From contig CAVYYZ010000003.1 of NCBI GenBank assembly GCA_963772835.1, positions 96,001 to 160,000 on the forward strand: a stretch of 64,000 bases of DNA, given 5' to 3'. A program made the position numbers and the translations under genes. Under the pieces are notes generated by a model that had not been told where the DNA came from, searched no databases, and saw only the letters and a list, made by a program, of their open reading frames with translations. The DNA is from an uncultured delta proteobacterium (GTDB taxonomy: Bacteria; Desulfobacterota; Desulfuromonadia; Geobacterales; Pseudopelobacteraceae). Positions 38,916 through 49,244 of the stretch are shown piece after piece. Every line of letters starts with the position of its first letter. Position 1 is the stretch's first letter.

Positions 38916-39255
38916 ATCAAAGTCTCCAAAAGTCATAGTTTTATTTATATTACATTAATACACGCTCCATGCTTTGTCTGTCAATCCGAGTCATTAATTC
39001 GTCACATATGTGGGTACTTGTATATGCGATCCGTCCACGTTCAACAGGCAGAAATCGATATATGTATTCCTGATTACCAAAAATGTTATTGCCGTAAAAT
39101 TATAAACCACATAAAGAAAATAGATGAAAGTGTGAATTTTTCTTGTTTACCGGTTCAGATTCTGTAGTATTACAGGAATACTGTATCAATGACGCGCATA
39201 CGCTGTAATCAATCAAAATATGAGGCGTTCCCTACTTTTTCAGGAGAAAGACCGT

Positions 39256-40935
39256 ATGAAAAAACTGCGTACCGGGACTAACCTAATCCGGATGTTTCTC
39301 GTTGCGGGAATTGTTTTGTCTCTGGCCGGATTCATTTGCTCTCTTGAACCTGCGGCGCCCAATCAGGTGTTGTTGGCCTCTCTGTACATACTGAATGTAA
39401 TTGTTATGACGGCAGTCATCTGGATACTGACCTCCAGAAAACTGGCCGTCCGCATCAAGCAGATCGCTTTTGCGATGAACAAGGCAGCAGAGGGGAAATT
39501 AACGGAACGGGTCATTATTGATGGAGAAACCGAGATCACTCTCTTGGCCGAAAACTTCAATACAATGATGGAAAAACTTTCCGGGGCGATCACAAAAGTT
39601 TACCTTTCCCTGCAGGAACTTAAGAACATCTCCTCGACCATTGGGCAACTCTCTGAAAAAGGGGTTTCTTCGGTTGCTGTACAGGCTGAGTGTCTTAAGC
39701 GGACATCCCTGGCCATTCGGGAAATTAACAGCTCAATCATGGATATATCAACGCTGGTAGTTACACTCTCCAGTCTGTCGTCTGAAAACTCCAATGCCAT
39801 GACAGACCTGTCTCAGAGTCTTCAAACAACTACACAGTGCATTGAATCACTCGTTATATCTGTGGAAGAGGTCAGTTCGTCAATAAACGAAATGACCTCT
39901 ACGGTACGTCAGGTTAAGGAAAACTCAACTATTCTCGCTGCTGATACAAACAGGACTTCTGCACTTGTCAACGATATGGACAATGCAATTAAACAGATTG
40001 TGTCCCAAACTGCTGATACTTCACAAATAGCCGAAACAGTCAGAAATGATGCCGAGGATGGATGGAGGGCTGTGGAGGCAACGATATCCGGCATTAATGA
40101 AATAAAACTGTCTTCGACAGTCACATTCAATGCCATTGAGAATCTTTCGAAAAGAGTTGGAAATATCGGTAAAATTCTCTCAGTGATTGATGAAGTTGCC
40201 GAACAGACCAACCTTCTGGCCCTTAACGCCTCGATTATTGCCGCGCAGGCCGGTGATCGAGGCAAAAGCTTTTCAGTGGTCGCTCATGAAATCAAGAATC
40301 TGGCTAAGCGGACAGGAAATCACACGAGAGAGATTTCTGAAATAATATTAGGGGTCAGAGAAGAAATGGAATTGGCGGTGAAGGCTATCACACATTCAGA
40401 AAAACGAATTGCTGAAGGGAGTGAATTGTCACAAAGATCAGGTAGTGCTCTTCGAAAAATCGTTGACGGTATACAGGCTGCCAGTAATCATATGGTCGAG
40501 ATTAACAGGACTGCCCTCAATCAGGCGCAGGCAAGTGGCAGTATGCAGTTGGCTATGGGCCGGGTTGCAGAAATGGTTGAACAGATTGCCCACGCAACTC
40601 AGGAACAGAGTCATGGCAGCGAGTTGATAGCTTCTGCGGTGGAACACATGAGAAACCTTACCCGGGAGGTTATGGTCTCCATCAGCAAACACCGGAATTC
40701 GGCATCGCAGGTTGTAGAATCAAGCGAAGAAATTAATAATATGGTTGTAGCAATTTGTGAGGCGTCCATACTCCAATCCGGCAGTTCCCAGCAGATTAGT
40801 AACTCTCTTGACGAGTTTGAAGAGTCATCCAATGTGCAGGTTACTTCAACGCTTGTCATGGATGAAATTCTGTTAAAATTATTACGGCAGATCAACGTGT
40901 TGCAAGAGGAAATGGGACAGTTTAGGGCTTCCTGA
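39256..40935 (+). CDS. Methyl-accepting chemotaxis protein (two TMs with a short loop, HAMP)
   Basis: HAMP (E-I-x2-LA-x-NFN-x-M) and signalling hairpin QTNLLALNASIIAAQAG. Confidence 0.92.
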   Translation: MKKLRTGTNLIRMFLVAGIVLSLAGFICSLEPAAPNQVLLASLYILNVIVMTAVIWILTSRKLAVRIKQIAFAMNKAAEGKLTERVIIDGETEITLLAENFNTMMEKLSGAITKVYLSLQELKNISSTIGQLSEKGVSSVAVQAECLKRTSLAIREINSSIMDISTLVVTLSSLSSENSNAMTDLSQSLQTTTQCIESLVISVEEVSSSINEMTSTVRQVKENSTILAADTNRTSALVNDMDNAIKQIVSQTADTSQIAETVRNDAEDGWRAVEATISGINEIKLSSTVTFNAIENLSKRVGNIGKILSVIDEVAEQTNLLALNASIIAAQAGDRGKSFSVVAHEIKNLAKRTGNHTREISEIILGVREEMELAVKAITHSEKRIAEGSELSQRSGSALRKIVDGIQAASNHMVEINRTALNQAQASGSMQLAMGRVAEMVEQIAHATQEQSHGSELIASAVEHMRNLTREVMVSISKHRNSASQVVESSEEINNMVVAICEASILQSGSSQQISNSLDEFEESSNVQVTSTLVMDEILLKLLRQINVLQEEMGQFRAS

Positions 40936-41167
40936 GTAACTTTAAACAGCATACTTCAACAGTACTTGCTTCATAATGAACTTAACTGCAGCGGAAACTT
41001 ATCATTATGAGTGAGCCTGAAGCGGGTAAACGTATAAAGAATGGATATTATAGAAACGGGAACCTTCTGAAATCTGAACAGGCAGTCAACCTGCTGATAA
41101 TGGCTATTGACAAACAGGACCCAACTGGTATTATTTAAAAAAAACTAGTAAAGAAAGGATGTGCATT

Positions 41168-41659
41168 ATGAGTATTAATATTCAAGAGGCCATTAAACGT
41201 TCCATTCAGACCGAAAAGAACGCCATGAATTTTTATCAGTTCGGGGCTCAGAAAATGAACAATCCGGACGCACGACGGATCTTCGAGCTGCTTGCAAGTG
41301 AGGAGCGGGAGCATGCCGCACAATTTTATAAAATATATCAAGGAACGGACATCCCCTCACTGAATGATTTTCTTGATTCTCTGGCTGACAATGAGTCAAG
41401 CTGGGTTGCCACTATTTCACGGTCTATCTCTGAAGACTTCTCTGAGCAGAAGGCATTGGAGCTGGCAATGGAGAAGGAAAAAAACCTGGAAGAGACTCTG
41501 TGGGTGACAGCTTCAAAAATAAGCGACCCAGAGATAAAGGCGGTCTATGAATTGAATGCCAAAGAAACACATCATCATTATGAACTTATCGAGTCGGAAT
41601 ATGCCCGTTTGATGGGTATGGTTCATGAGTCTGATATTGATACGTTTGTCCGGGAATAG
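41168..41659 (+). CDS. Rubrerythrin/ferritin-like di-iron protein
   Basis: E-K-x-A-x2-FY, LA-x-EE-x2-H and a second E-x2-H motif. Confidence 0.85.
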   Translation: MSINIQEAIKRSIQTEKNAMNFYQFGAQKMNNPDARRIFELLASEEREHAAQFYKIYQGTDIPSLNDFLDSLADNESSWVATISRSISEDFSEQKALELAMEKEKNLEETLWVTASKISDPEIKAVYELNAKETHHHYELIESEYARLMGMVHESDIDTFVRE

Positions 41660-41673
41660 TCCCCTTTTGGTAC

Positions 41674-41711
41674 CGGCTATCAAGGAAATTAATGAAGCTC
41701 CTTGATAGCCG
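41674..41711. repeat. 13-bp inverted repeat between the ferritin-like and protease genes
   Basis: CGGCTATCAAGGA / TCCTTGATAGCCG, with no U tract. Confidence 0.6.
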
Positions 41712-41754
41712 TAACTCAATATTATGGTTAACGTGTCGGGCATAAGGAATTTTC

Positions 41755-42252
41755 ATGACCGTAAGTAAGTCACCAATTTCAGTTCTGGTTCTCGGTATCG
41801 GTAATCTTGTTATGAGCGACGATGGAGTTGGAGTTGTCGTTGCGCAGAGGCTTCAACGGGAATATCTGTTTGCGGATAATGTTGAAGTAATGGACGGAGG
41901 TACTCTGGGCTTGGATTTACTTCCAAAACTCGAAAATGTTACTAATCTTATTATGATTGATGCTGTTGAAACCGGTAAGAAGGCCGGAACTTGTGTGCGA
42001 CTGTACGGCCAGGAGTTACCGATTGCCCTCGAAACAAAAGTATCTCCACATCAGATGGGACTTAAGGACCTTTTAGCCGTATCTGAATTGATGGGTCATT
42101 CACCGAAAGAGATGGTGTTGATTGGTGTGCAGCCTGGATCAATAGAAATGGAGATCGGACTGACTGCAGAAGTTGAAGCTCAACTTGATAATCTTGTTTC
42201 CAACGTACTAAATGAATTATCTAATTGGGGGATTACGGCAACACCAGTATAG
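41755..42252 (+). CDS. Hydrogenase maturation protease (HyaD/HybD family)
   Basis: LGIGN-x3-SDDGVG, DGGT, IDAV and SPHQ. Confidence 0.93.
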   Translation: MTVSKSPISVLVLGIGNLVMSDDGVGVVVAQRLQREYLFADNVEVMDGGTLGLDLLPKLENVTNLIMIDAVETGKKAGTCVRLYGQELPIALETKVSPHQMGLKDLLAVSELMGHSPKEMVLIGVQPGSIEMEIGLTAEVEAQLDNLVSNVLNELSNWGITATPV

Positions 42253-42353
42253 AACTTTTTAAAAAGCATTCAGCCGATTTGACAAGACCCCGCCGCATTC
42301 CTGAACATCACTCTCCATCTGTCGTTACTACGTTCCCTACACATAAATATTTT

Positions 42354-43934
42354 TCATGACTTGAGCAGTCTCAAGTATATAGAATTCAGCATATTCTCTA
42401 TGGCATTATTCGAGGAAATTAAAACTATTGCGCCTTCCGGATTGTCAGGTGGCTCAAATATACTTTTTTGCCGTTCCAGCAATTCAATCCTGCCGTCTGA
42501 GACAGAGGCTCCGAGATAAGACCGCTCATGTAATCTTCTTTGCTGTTCGTCGGAAATACATTGTATGAACAGGATGACAAACTCTGCATGACGAGAAGCA
42601 GCCAATCGGGCAAATTCGGCTCGATTCGCACCGGTTCCGAACCCGGCATCAATGACGACTGAATGTCCTGAAGCAAGTTCTGTGTCAGCCAACCGCTCTA
42701 ACTGATGGTAGGTATTTTGGTTCATAACTTTTGAATACAGACCATCACCAAACGCAACTTTTATTGCTGTTTTCGGAGGCAATCCGGCCAACTGCTTACG
42801 GACAGTATCCGAGTTAAAGACCCGAAGACCAAGTTCGAATGCGAGCTGATACGCCAGGGTGCTCTTACCGCATCCCATTGTCCCGCAGGTGATAAAGAGG
42901 GTAGGGGTGAGGTTGCTTCTTATGCAGTAGCCTTGGGCCAGTCGGAAATAGCGGATAGCACGTTTCTTTGCAGCAGTACGATCTTCTTGACTGATTCCGG
43001 TGTCAAGAAGATACATGCTTTCAACTTTGCCACGTACAAAAGCCCGATATATCTTGTAAAAAGTGATCAGTTTCGCAATATTCGTATCGCCGGAGGTTGT
43101 AATATAGGAAGAAAGTGACTCTTCAGCAAGATCCGGACGATTGTGAAAATCAAGATCCATAAGAAAAAAGGCAATATCTGCGGCCGTATCAGAAAAGCGA
43201 AAGCGATCGTTAAATTCAATGCAGTCGAATATATAAGCGGTATTATGGAGCAGGCAGATATTTCCGAGGTGAATATCACCATCGCATTCACGGATATACC
43301 CTTTTTCTACACGCTCGGTAAATAGAGCGCGGTGTGAATTGATAAATATATCAATGAAGGAGCGGATACGTTCTCTCACTTCTGACGGTAGAGTGGATGT
43401 CTGGAACTGCAACGTTTGTTCAAAATTTTCCTGCCAATTAATCTGAATCTGCTCCACAGTGCCATATTCTGAAATCTGCTGTGAAGTTTCTGCGTTAGAG
43501 TGAAATCGGCATATTACCCGCGTAACATCTTTTATATCCTCAACCGAGATCAATCCGCCCTCAACAAGTCTGTCAAGCATTCTTTCTGCCGGCAGACGCT
43601 TCATCATGACAGCGTAATCGATCACCTTGCCGTCGCCGACAAAAGATGCCCCTGAATCCTTTTCGCGAAGAACTATGACCTTTTCATAGATATCCGGACA
43701 GAGGCGTCGATTGAGACGAAGTTCCTCGAAACAGTAATAACGACGGCGATCAAGCGTAGAAAAATCGAGGAATCCAAAATTAACCGGTTTTTTGATTTTA
43801 AATACGTGTGTATCTGTCAGAAACAGCCATGAGACATGAGTTTGAATAAGCTCAACCGTTCGTGTCATGACCGGGTAAGCCGACGGGTTCAGAAGAGAAT
43901 CCAGAGTATTGGTGGATAGTACAGGGGAAGTCAT
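42354..43934 (-). CDS. Aminoglycoside-phosphotransferase-like / P-loop kinase fusion
   Basis: QTHVSW, KIKKPV-x-FGFLDFST, GDIHL-x-NI, DCIEFN and the P-loop GTMGCGKST. Confidence 0.88.
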   Translation of the reverse strand: MTSPVLSTNTLDSLLNPSAYPVMTRTVELIQTHVSWLFLTDTHVFKIKKPVNFGFLDFSTLDRRRYYCFEELRLNRRLCPDIYEKVIVLREKDSGASFVGDGKVIDYAVMMKRLPAERMLDRLVEGGLISVEDIKDVTRVICRFHSNAETSQQISEYGTVEQIQINWQENFEQTLQFQTSTLPSEVRERIRSFIDIFINSHRALFTERVEKGYIRECDGDIHLGNICLLHNTAYIFDCIEFNDRFRFSDTAADIAFFLMDLDFHNRPDLAEESLSSYITTSGDTNIAKLITFYKIYRAFVRGKVESMYLLDTGISQEDRTAAKKRAIRYFRLAQGYCIRSNLTPTLFITCGTMGCGKSTLAYQLAFELGLRVFNSDTVRKQLAGLPPKTAIKVAFGDGLYSKVMNQNTYHQLERLADTELASGHSVVIDAGFGTGANRAEFARLAASRHAEFVILFIQCISDEQQRRLHERSYLGASVSDGRIELLERQKSIFEPPDNPEGAIVLISSNNAIENMLNSIYLRLLKS

Positions 43935-44136
43935 GAAGCTAGAGTACCATATTGTTCAATAACCGCAAATTGCTGTGATGGTATAAACAGTCGCGTGGGT
44001 TGATATATTCGGAAGAGTAATGTGGAATCAGCAGAGGACCGTCTGTGGCATAATTGCCAATCAGAGTGTAGAAGCACACAAAAAAACCCGCAGATTCGAT
44101 CTCTGCGGGCTCTCATTGTGTGATGTTGCAGTGGGA

Positions 44137-44580
44137 CTATGCAGCAGCTACAGTTATCTTCAATGTGGCTGTTACTTCAGGATGGAATTTAACCGTCACA
44201 GAAAAGTCTCCGGTGTGTTTGATCGCTTCGGCAAGAACAATGCTTTTACGGTCAATATCAAAGCCATTAGCCTTCAGATAGGCGGCTATTTCCATGTTGG
44301 TGACTGCACCGAACAGTTTGCCCTCTTCGCCGGCTTTATGTGACAATACTATGTGCAGAGCTTCAAGTCTTGCCCCAAGATTCTTTGCAGATTCAAGGGC
44401 CTTGTTTTTCTTATAGGTCATTTGGCGTTTTGTGTGCTCAAGCGCCTTGGCATTTTTTTCTGTGGCAACTACTGCCAGTTTTTTAGGGAGCAGGTAATTA
44501 CGAGCATAGCCGGGGGCTACCTTTACGATGTCACCGATGTGACCCAACGTTTCAATGTTTTCATTCAAAATAACTTTCAT
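44137..44580 (-). CDS. rplI: 50S ribosomal protein L9
   Basis: MKVIL...V-x2-GYARNYLLP and GKLFGAVT. Confidence 0.98.
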   Translation of the reverse strand: MKVILNENIETLGHIGDIVKVAPGYARNYLLPKKLAVVATEKNAKALEHTKRQMTYKKNKALESAKNLGARLEALHIVLSHKAGEEGKLFGAVTNMEIAAYLKANGFDIDRKSIVLAEAIKHTGDFSVTVKFHPEVTATLKITVAAA

Positions 44581-44643
44581 TTTCTCTCCTTTCGAGCCTG
44601 TTAAGTATTTATTCCAATTCCTGATAGCAATTCAAAATCGGAA

Positions 44644-45606
44644 CTACAGGTTTTCCTGTTTTTTAGGGGTTCTGAAATCAATCCAGAGGTCGAACAAGCC
44701 TATGCAGGCAACAACTGCAAGCATGTACGGTTGGATGATCAGCATAGCGTACAAAAATATCCGTATAAGAGTGGGAACAGAATGTTTAGCAAATAATGAT
44801 GTGATTACTGCCATGCCTTGAAAAAAATAGAGCATGGCGATAATCAGCACTATATTTAGTGCCGGTGATGTTATCGGTGATACCGGCAACAACAGGATAC
44901 ATCCTGCAGCAATAGGAACCCATACAAGCAGATCAGGATTTCTGAAAGAGCTGAAATCCCCGATTACTATTGTTGCAGTTGTTTTGGCAGTACTCTTTTT
45001 TAAAAGAACAAGATTGAATCCGGCAATAATTACAAGCATTGCTGTAACAAGAGCTGGATAGAGCCTCTTTAGCAAATCAGCCGCAGTTACCATCGAAAGT
45101 TTGAGAAGTTCTAAATCTTCTCCCTTTACCCCGGATCTTTCATATATGAGTACCGCCTGATCCAAGCTGCTTGATATCTCATTAGAAATTAGCTGCTGCA
45201 CGTTGTTTACTGAAAAATAACTGTAAAGAATAAATCCTGCTAAAAAAATCAGCAGATTAGCCGCAGTTGTCCAGAAAAGAGTCCGACTGCCGCTAAAACC
45301 TCGTAAAAGAAGCTCCGGCATAAAAAAGCCAATCATCCCGCACATCCCGAAAAACAGTATCCCGGCAAAAAAACCAAACAGAGCTGAGATGGCTGTCGCC
45401 GCACCGAGTATGACAATCAGTGCTGATACACGACCATAAATCAGGCGATTATATGCGGCAGGGAATGGCGCCAGCATTCCTGAAAAAATTCCGAGAGGCG
45501 GTATAGCCAGATAGGCCGCGAATAGAACAAACGAACCGACCACTCCAAGCAAAGACGCTTTCAGGCGCATTTGCAAGTTGTGGTCGGTTGGTAATTTTAT
45601 GCCCAT
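44644..45606 (-). CDS. YybS/DUF2232-family membrane protein
   Basis: Polytopic membrane protein with YFFQG and GLFD-x-W-x-DFR, located between rpsR and rplI. Confidence 0.85.
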   Translation of the reverse strand: MGIKLPTDHNLQMRLKASLLGVVGSFVLFAAYLAIPPLGIFSGMLAPFPAAYNRLIYGRVSALIVILGAATAISALFGFFAGILFFGMCGMIGFFMPELLLRGFSGSRTLFWTTAANLLIFLAGFILYSYFSVNNVQQLISNEISSSLDQAVLIYERSGVKGEDLELLKLSMVTAADLLKRLYPALVTAMLVIIAGFNLVLLKKSTAKTTATIVIGDFSSFRNPDLLVWVPIAAGCILLLPVSPITSPALNIVLIIAMLYFFQGMAVITSLFAKHSVPTLIRIFLYAMLIIQPYMLAVVACIGLFDLWIDFRTPKKQENL

Positions 45607-45616
45607 TTTGAGGATG

Positions 45617-45973
45617 TCAGTTTACTGCGTGATTGGCTGCAATCGGCAGAAGAGCAATGTTTCTTGCACGTTTAATGGCTTCGGTTATGTGGCGTTGATG
45701 AGCCGCACAGTTTCCCGAGATTCTCCGTGGAACGATTTTGCCGCGCTCTGTAATAAAAAAGCGAAGTGTACGAGGCTCTTTGTAGTCAATAATAAGATTT
45801 TTTTCCGCACAAAAACGGCATACTTTACGGCGCTGAAAAGGACGTCTCTTGCGAGGTCCTCCCTGTCCTCCGGGGCCACCTGCCGGGCGTTGTCCCGGGC
45901 CGCCTGCTGGACGCTGGCCGGCACTAGCGGGCCGCTGATAAGTTGAAGTTGTTGCTGGTCTTTCGTCACTCAT
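45617..45973 (-). CDS. rpsR: 30S ribosomal protein S18 (Zn-binding form, N-terminal extension)
   Basis: [17 protein letters not shown]-x-PRRISG-x-C-x2-HQR and AIKRAR. Confidence 0.97.
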   Translation of the reverse strand: MSDERPATTSTYQRPASAGQRPAGGPGQRPAGGPGGQGGPRKRRPFQRRKVCRFCAEKNLIIDYKEPRTLRFFITERGKIVPRRISGNCAAHQRHITEAIKRARNIALLPIAANHAVN

Positions 45974-45994
45974 GAGTATATCTCCTCCAGGAAA

Positions 45995-46396
45995 TTATTC
46001 GGCAGCTTCTTCAGCGGCAGATGCTTCTTCCACAGTCTCTTCTTCCACGGTCTCTTCCGTTACGGCATCGGTCAGTTCGGCTTTTTTCTCCGGTGCAATA
46101 CGCTCGGGCAGATCGGTGATGTTTACACTCTGGTAGCGCAGCACCTTGTCGTCAAGTCTCAGGCGCCGTTCAAGTTCGGCGATAAGAGCACTGTCACCAT
46201 CAAAACGGAGATAGTAATAGCGGCCTCTGGCTGACTTCTTGATTGGGTATGCCAGTTTCCTGATACCCCAGTCATCCATTCTGAAACACTCGCCTTTATA
46301 GGACGAGATGACGTCCTGAGCTTTTGTTGTGACCGACTTGATGTCGTCTTCGCTCAGTTCAGGCTGGAGGATGAAAATCGTTTCATACTTCCTCAT
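45995..46396 (-). CDS. rpsF: 30S ribosomal protein S6
   Basis: MRKYETIFIL-x-P, WG-x-RKLAYPI and an acidic tail. Confidence 0.97.
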   Translation of the reverse strand: MRKYETIFILQPELSEDDIKSVTTKAQDVISSYKGECFRMDDWGIRKLAYPIKKSARGRYYYLRFDGDSALIAELERRLRLDDKVLRYQSVNITDLPERIAPEKKAELTDAVTEETVEEETVEEASAAEEAAE

Positions 46397-46403
46397 ATTG
46401 GTA

Positions 46404-46450
46404 ATCCTCCTCACGGATTCGAGCCCCGGTCCTACCCGGAGCAAGGAGAT
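46404..46450 (-). promoter_or_regulatory. Probable S6:S18 ribosomal leader RNA
   Basis: Minus strand AUCUCCUU-GCUCCGG-GUAGGA-CCGGGGC-...-GAGGAGGAU. The 5' CUCCUU pairs with the rpsF SD and flanks an inner hairpin. Confidence 0.6.
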
Positions 46451-46489
46451 TTCGGCAAAAATGCCGTCTTTAAAAGAACGAGTCTTGTA

Positions 46490-47404
46490 CTATTTTTTTT
46501 TGCAGAGTGCAACAAATTTCTTGTGATCTGCACAGGTAACGAAGTATTTTTTCACCATATCCACAGGATGATACGATAATTTTGCGCTCCGCAGCCCCGC
46601 GTCACCCAGGTCCTGCTCTCGGTTCAGGTATTTGCAATCCTGATACAGCAGTCGTGCAAATTCTCTGTTCACAAGCTGATTTAAGCCCTCTGTAAAAGGA
46701 TCCGCCTTCTCGAAATGGCAGACGACGGTATCACGGTTAAGGCGCTCGCCAAGGGCAAAAGCGGCCACATTGTCGTTCACAATAACTACAATCCCTGCAA
46801 GTTCGAGCTCATCAGCAAAGTTGAGTGCGTCGGATGCGGCATCAACTTCCAATAAGACTGACCTTCCGGCTTCATTTCGAGAACTTTTAAGCCATCTGTC
46901 CAATACATTGAGACAGCCTTTAAGATGTTCTCTGGAAAAGTGACTGACAGTGTAGTCATGACGAGCAGTGAAATAGCTGATCCTGTTTTTCTTTTTGTGA
47001 AAACGGCTTCCCGGCAAAGTCGCCAGTTCGTCACGTAGATAGAGGTAGTCACATGAATCGCGCGAAAAAGTAATATGCAGGTGACTGTTGACAAGATATC
47101 GTTCCACATAGGAATCATCAGCACCATATAAAGTCTGTCCGTCTGCAAACATGATATTCAGAGCTTCTAAAACATCCCCGCCAAGTGGTGGAAGGAAATA
47201 ACCCGAACCGTCATATCCCTTGCCCAGAATGATAATTGAACCTTCTGTCGTTGTAACCCGGTATTCATGCGCATTCCTGAAGAGATAAAGACCGGCAAAC
47301 GAGAGTTCGGATACCCGAGGCTGGATATCCGTACATAATCGGTCCAGGAGAGGTTTGTCGATTAATTCAAGCGGCCGTGACGCAGGATACTGAGGGATTT
47401 TCAT
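46490..47404 (-). CDS. DUF2156 / GNAT-like protein
   Basis: SELSF-x2-LY, DY-x-Y...L-x-G-x2-FHKKKN, HFEKA and NREQDLG-x2-GLR-x-AKLSY-x-P. Confidence 0.85.
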   Translation of the reverse strand: MKIPQYPASRPLELIDKPLLDRLCTDIQPRVSELSFAGLYLFRNAHEYRVTTTEGSIIILGKGYDGSGYFLPPLGGDVLEALNIMFADGQTLYGADDSYVERYLVNSHLHITFSRDSCDYLYLRDELATLPGSRFHKKKNRISYFTARHDYTVSHFSREHLKGCLNVLDRWLKSSRNEAGRSVLLEVDAASDALNFADELELAGIVVIVNDNVAAFALGERLNRDTVVCHFEKADPFTEGLNQLVNREFARLLYQDCKYLNREQDLGDAGLRSAKLSYHPVDMVKKYFVTCADHKKFVALCKKK

Positions 47405-47475
47405 TTGAGTTCTCGGATAATTGATGTAGTATTTCAGGTCATCTTATCAGAAAAGTAATCATGGAGGAAATTGTA

Positions 47476-48669
47476 ATGGCTATTGCTATGAAGATTGCCA
47501 GTCAAATATCAAAATCATCATGGATCCGCAGAATGTTCGAAGAGGGTGAGCGCCTTCGACAGAAATTCGGCGCTGAGAACATTTTTGATTTTACTCTTGG
47601 GAATCCTGATGTGGAACCACCCGCAGCTTTTTGTCACGAATTACTGGAACTGGCATTGAAGCCGCTTCCGGGGATGCATCGCTATATGAACAATGCCGGG
47701 TATGTCGAAACCAGAAGTGCTGTAGCAGAAAAAATATCCAGGGATTCCGGTCTCACAGTTCCTGCCGACAATATCATTATGACCTGCGGCGCTGGAGGAG
47801 CTTTGAATGTGGTGCTTAAGACCATCCTCAACCCGGGGGAGGAGGTCATCATTCTCGCTCCCTATTTTGTCGAATACAAGTTCTATATCGACAACCATGG
47901 CGGTGTGCCGGTCGAAGTCTGGACGAATCGCGATACATTCCAGCTTGATATAGATGCTATTGAAAAAGCGATAACTTCGAAGACCAGAGCCGTCATCATC
48001 TGTTCCCCGAACAACCCTACCGGGGTCATCTATCCGGCTGAGAGCCTGAAGCGACTCGGGGAAGTTCTCAAAAAAATACATGAGAAGACAGGCCATCTAA
48101 TCTATGTCATATCAGATGAACCTTACGCTCGAATCGCTTTTGATGGGCAGCATGTTCCCAATATATTCCCGCTTGTCGAGAGTTCCGTCATCGTCACCTC
48201 ACACAGTAAAGACCTGGCTTTACCGGGAGAACGGATCGGTTATCTTGCTGCCAATCCCCGGATGGACACCGCCGGGCAGTTCATGGAAGGTGCGGTTTTC
48301 AGCAACCGCGTGCTCGGTTTTGTCAATGCTCCGGCGCTGATGCAGCGTCTGGTTGCCAAACTGCAGGACGAATCGGTCGATATTTCTGCGTATCAGGCAA
48401 AGCGGGATCTGCTGGTGCGTGAATTAAGCAGTTTGGGTTTTAAAATCGTCAAGCCGGATGGCGCCTTTTACCTGTTTCCTGAATCTCCACTTGCTGATGA
48501 TGTTGAGTTTGTAAAGTTGGCTCAGAAGCATCACATTCTGCTGGTGCCGGGGGCAGGTTTCGGCGCACCCGGCTTTTTCAGGATCGCCTACTGTTTTGAT
48601 ATTAAAATGATCGAGCGGAGTCTGCCGGCCTGGCGCGCACTTGCAAAAGAGGCGGGGCTGAAGGGGTAG
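47476..48669 (+). CDS. PLP-dependent aminotransferase class I/II (aspartate aminotransferase-like)
   Basis: SPNNPTG, SDEPY, SHSKDLALPGERIG (PLP lysine) and GAFY. Confidence 0.93.
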   Translation: MAIAMKIASQISKSSWIRRMFEEGERLRQKFGAENIFDFTLGNPDVEPPAAFCHELLELALKPLPGMHRYMNNAGYVETRSAVAEKISRDSGLTVPADNIIMTCGAGGALNVVLKTILNPGEEVIILAPYFVEYKFYIDNHGGVPVEVWTNRDTFQLDIDAIEKAITSKTRAVIICSPNNPTGVIYPAESLKRLGEVLKKIHEKTGHLIYVISDEPYARIAFDGQHVPNIFPLVESSVIVTSHSKDLALPGERIGYLAANPRMDTAGQFMEGAVFSNRVLGFVNAPALMQRLVAKLQDESVDISAYQAKRDLLVRELSSLGFKIVKPDGAFYLFPESPLADDVEFVKLAQKHHILLVPGAGFGAPGFFRIAYCFDIKMIERSLPAWRALAKEAGLKG

Positions 48670-48687
48670 TAATCCATAAAAAGTAAT

Positions 48688-49208
48688 TTATGGTATCCGC
48701 TCCTCAGCTTTTTTTTCAAGTAGTTCGATAAAATCGATTGAGCGGTGGACAAAACGGAGATTAAAACGGCTCTCGTACAATAATATTGCAGACGCCACAA
48801 AAAGAAACAGCCCTCCACAGAGGGCTATTAACGTTGGAATCCACGCTTGTTCGTCATTGCCGTAGGCAACATTTACGGCAATGGCAAGGCGCTTGAGGCC
48901 ACAAAAAGCAGCGTTGCAGTATAAAGGGACGCCATTGCTTTCTGAATCAATTTTGCCCGTCGTCTTTGCAGCACAATCTGACCGCGCAGATGCTTCATCC
49001 GCTCTTCAGGGAACGAAATAGTTCCCGTTATAACCGCTTCCACTTCACTCTTCATGACATTTACGCGGTCAAAGATACGGCCCAGTCGGGCTGACGTTGA
49101 AAATATCAGTGTTCCACACGCCGAGATCAGAACTGCAGGAGTAATCATCGACGTCAGGATATGCGAACTGGCGAGCGCCTCTAATAGCTCTTTTTCATGC
49201 GCGGCCAT
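48688..49208 (-). pseudogene. DUF2721-family membrane protein with an apparent 2-bp insertion
   Basis: The N-terminus (MITPAVLISACG...STSARLGR-x2-DR) stops at 48873. Removing one GC at 48889-48892 restores SSLAIAVNVAYG...LLYESRFNL...RIP* (172 aa, with two more TM helices). Confidence 0.75.
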
Positions 49209-49244
49209 TTAATGTTCTCCCCGAATATTATTGTGCATTCCGGA

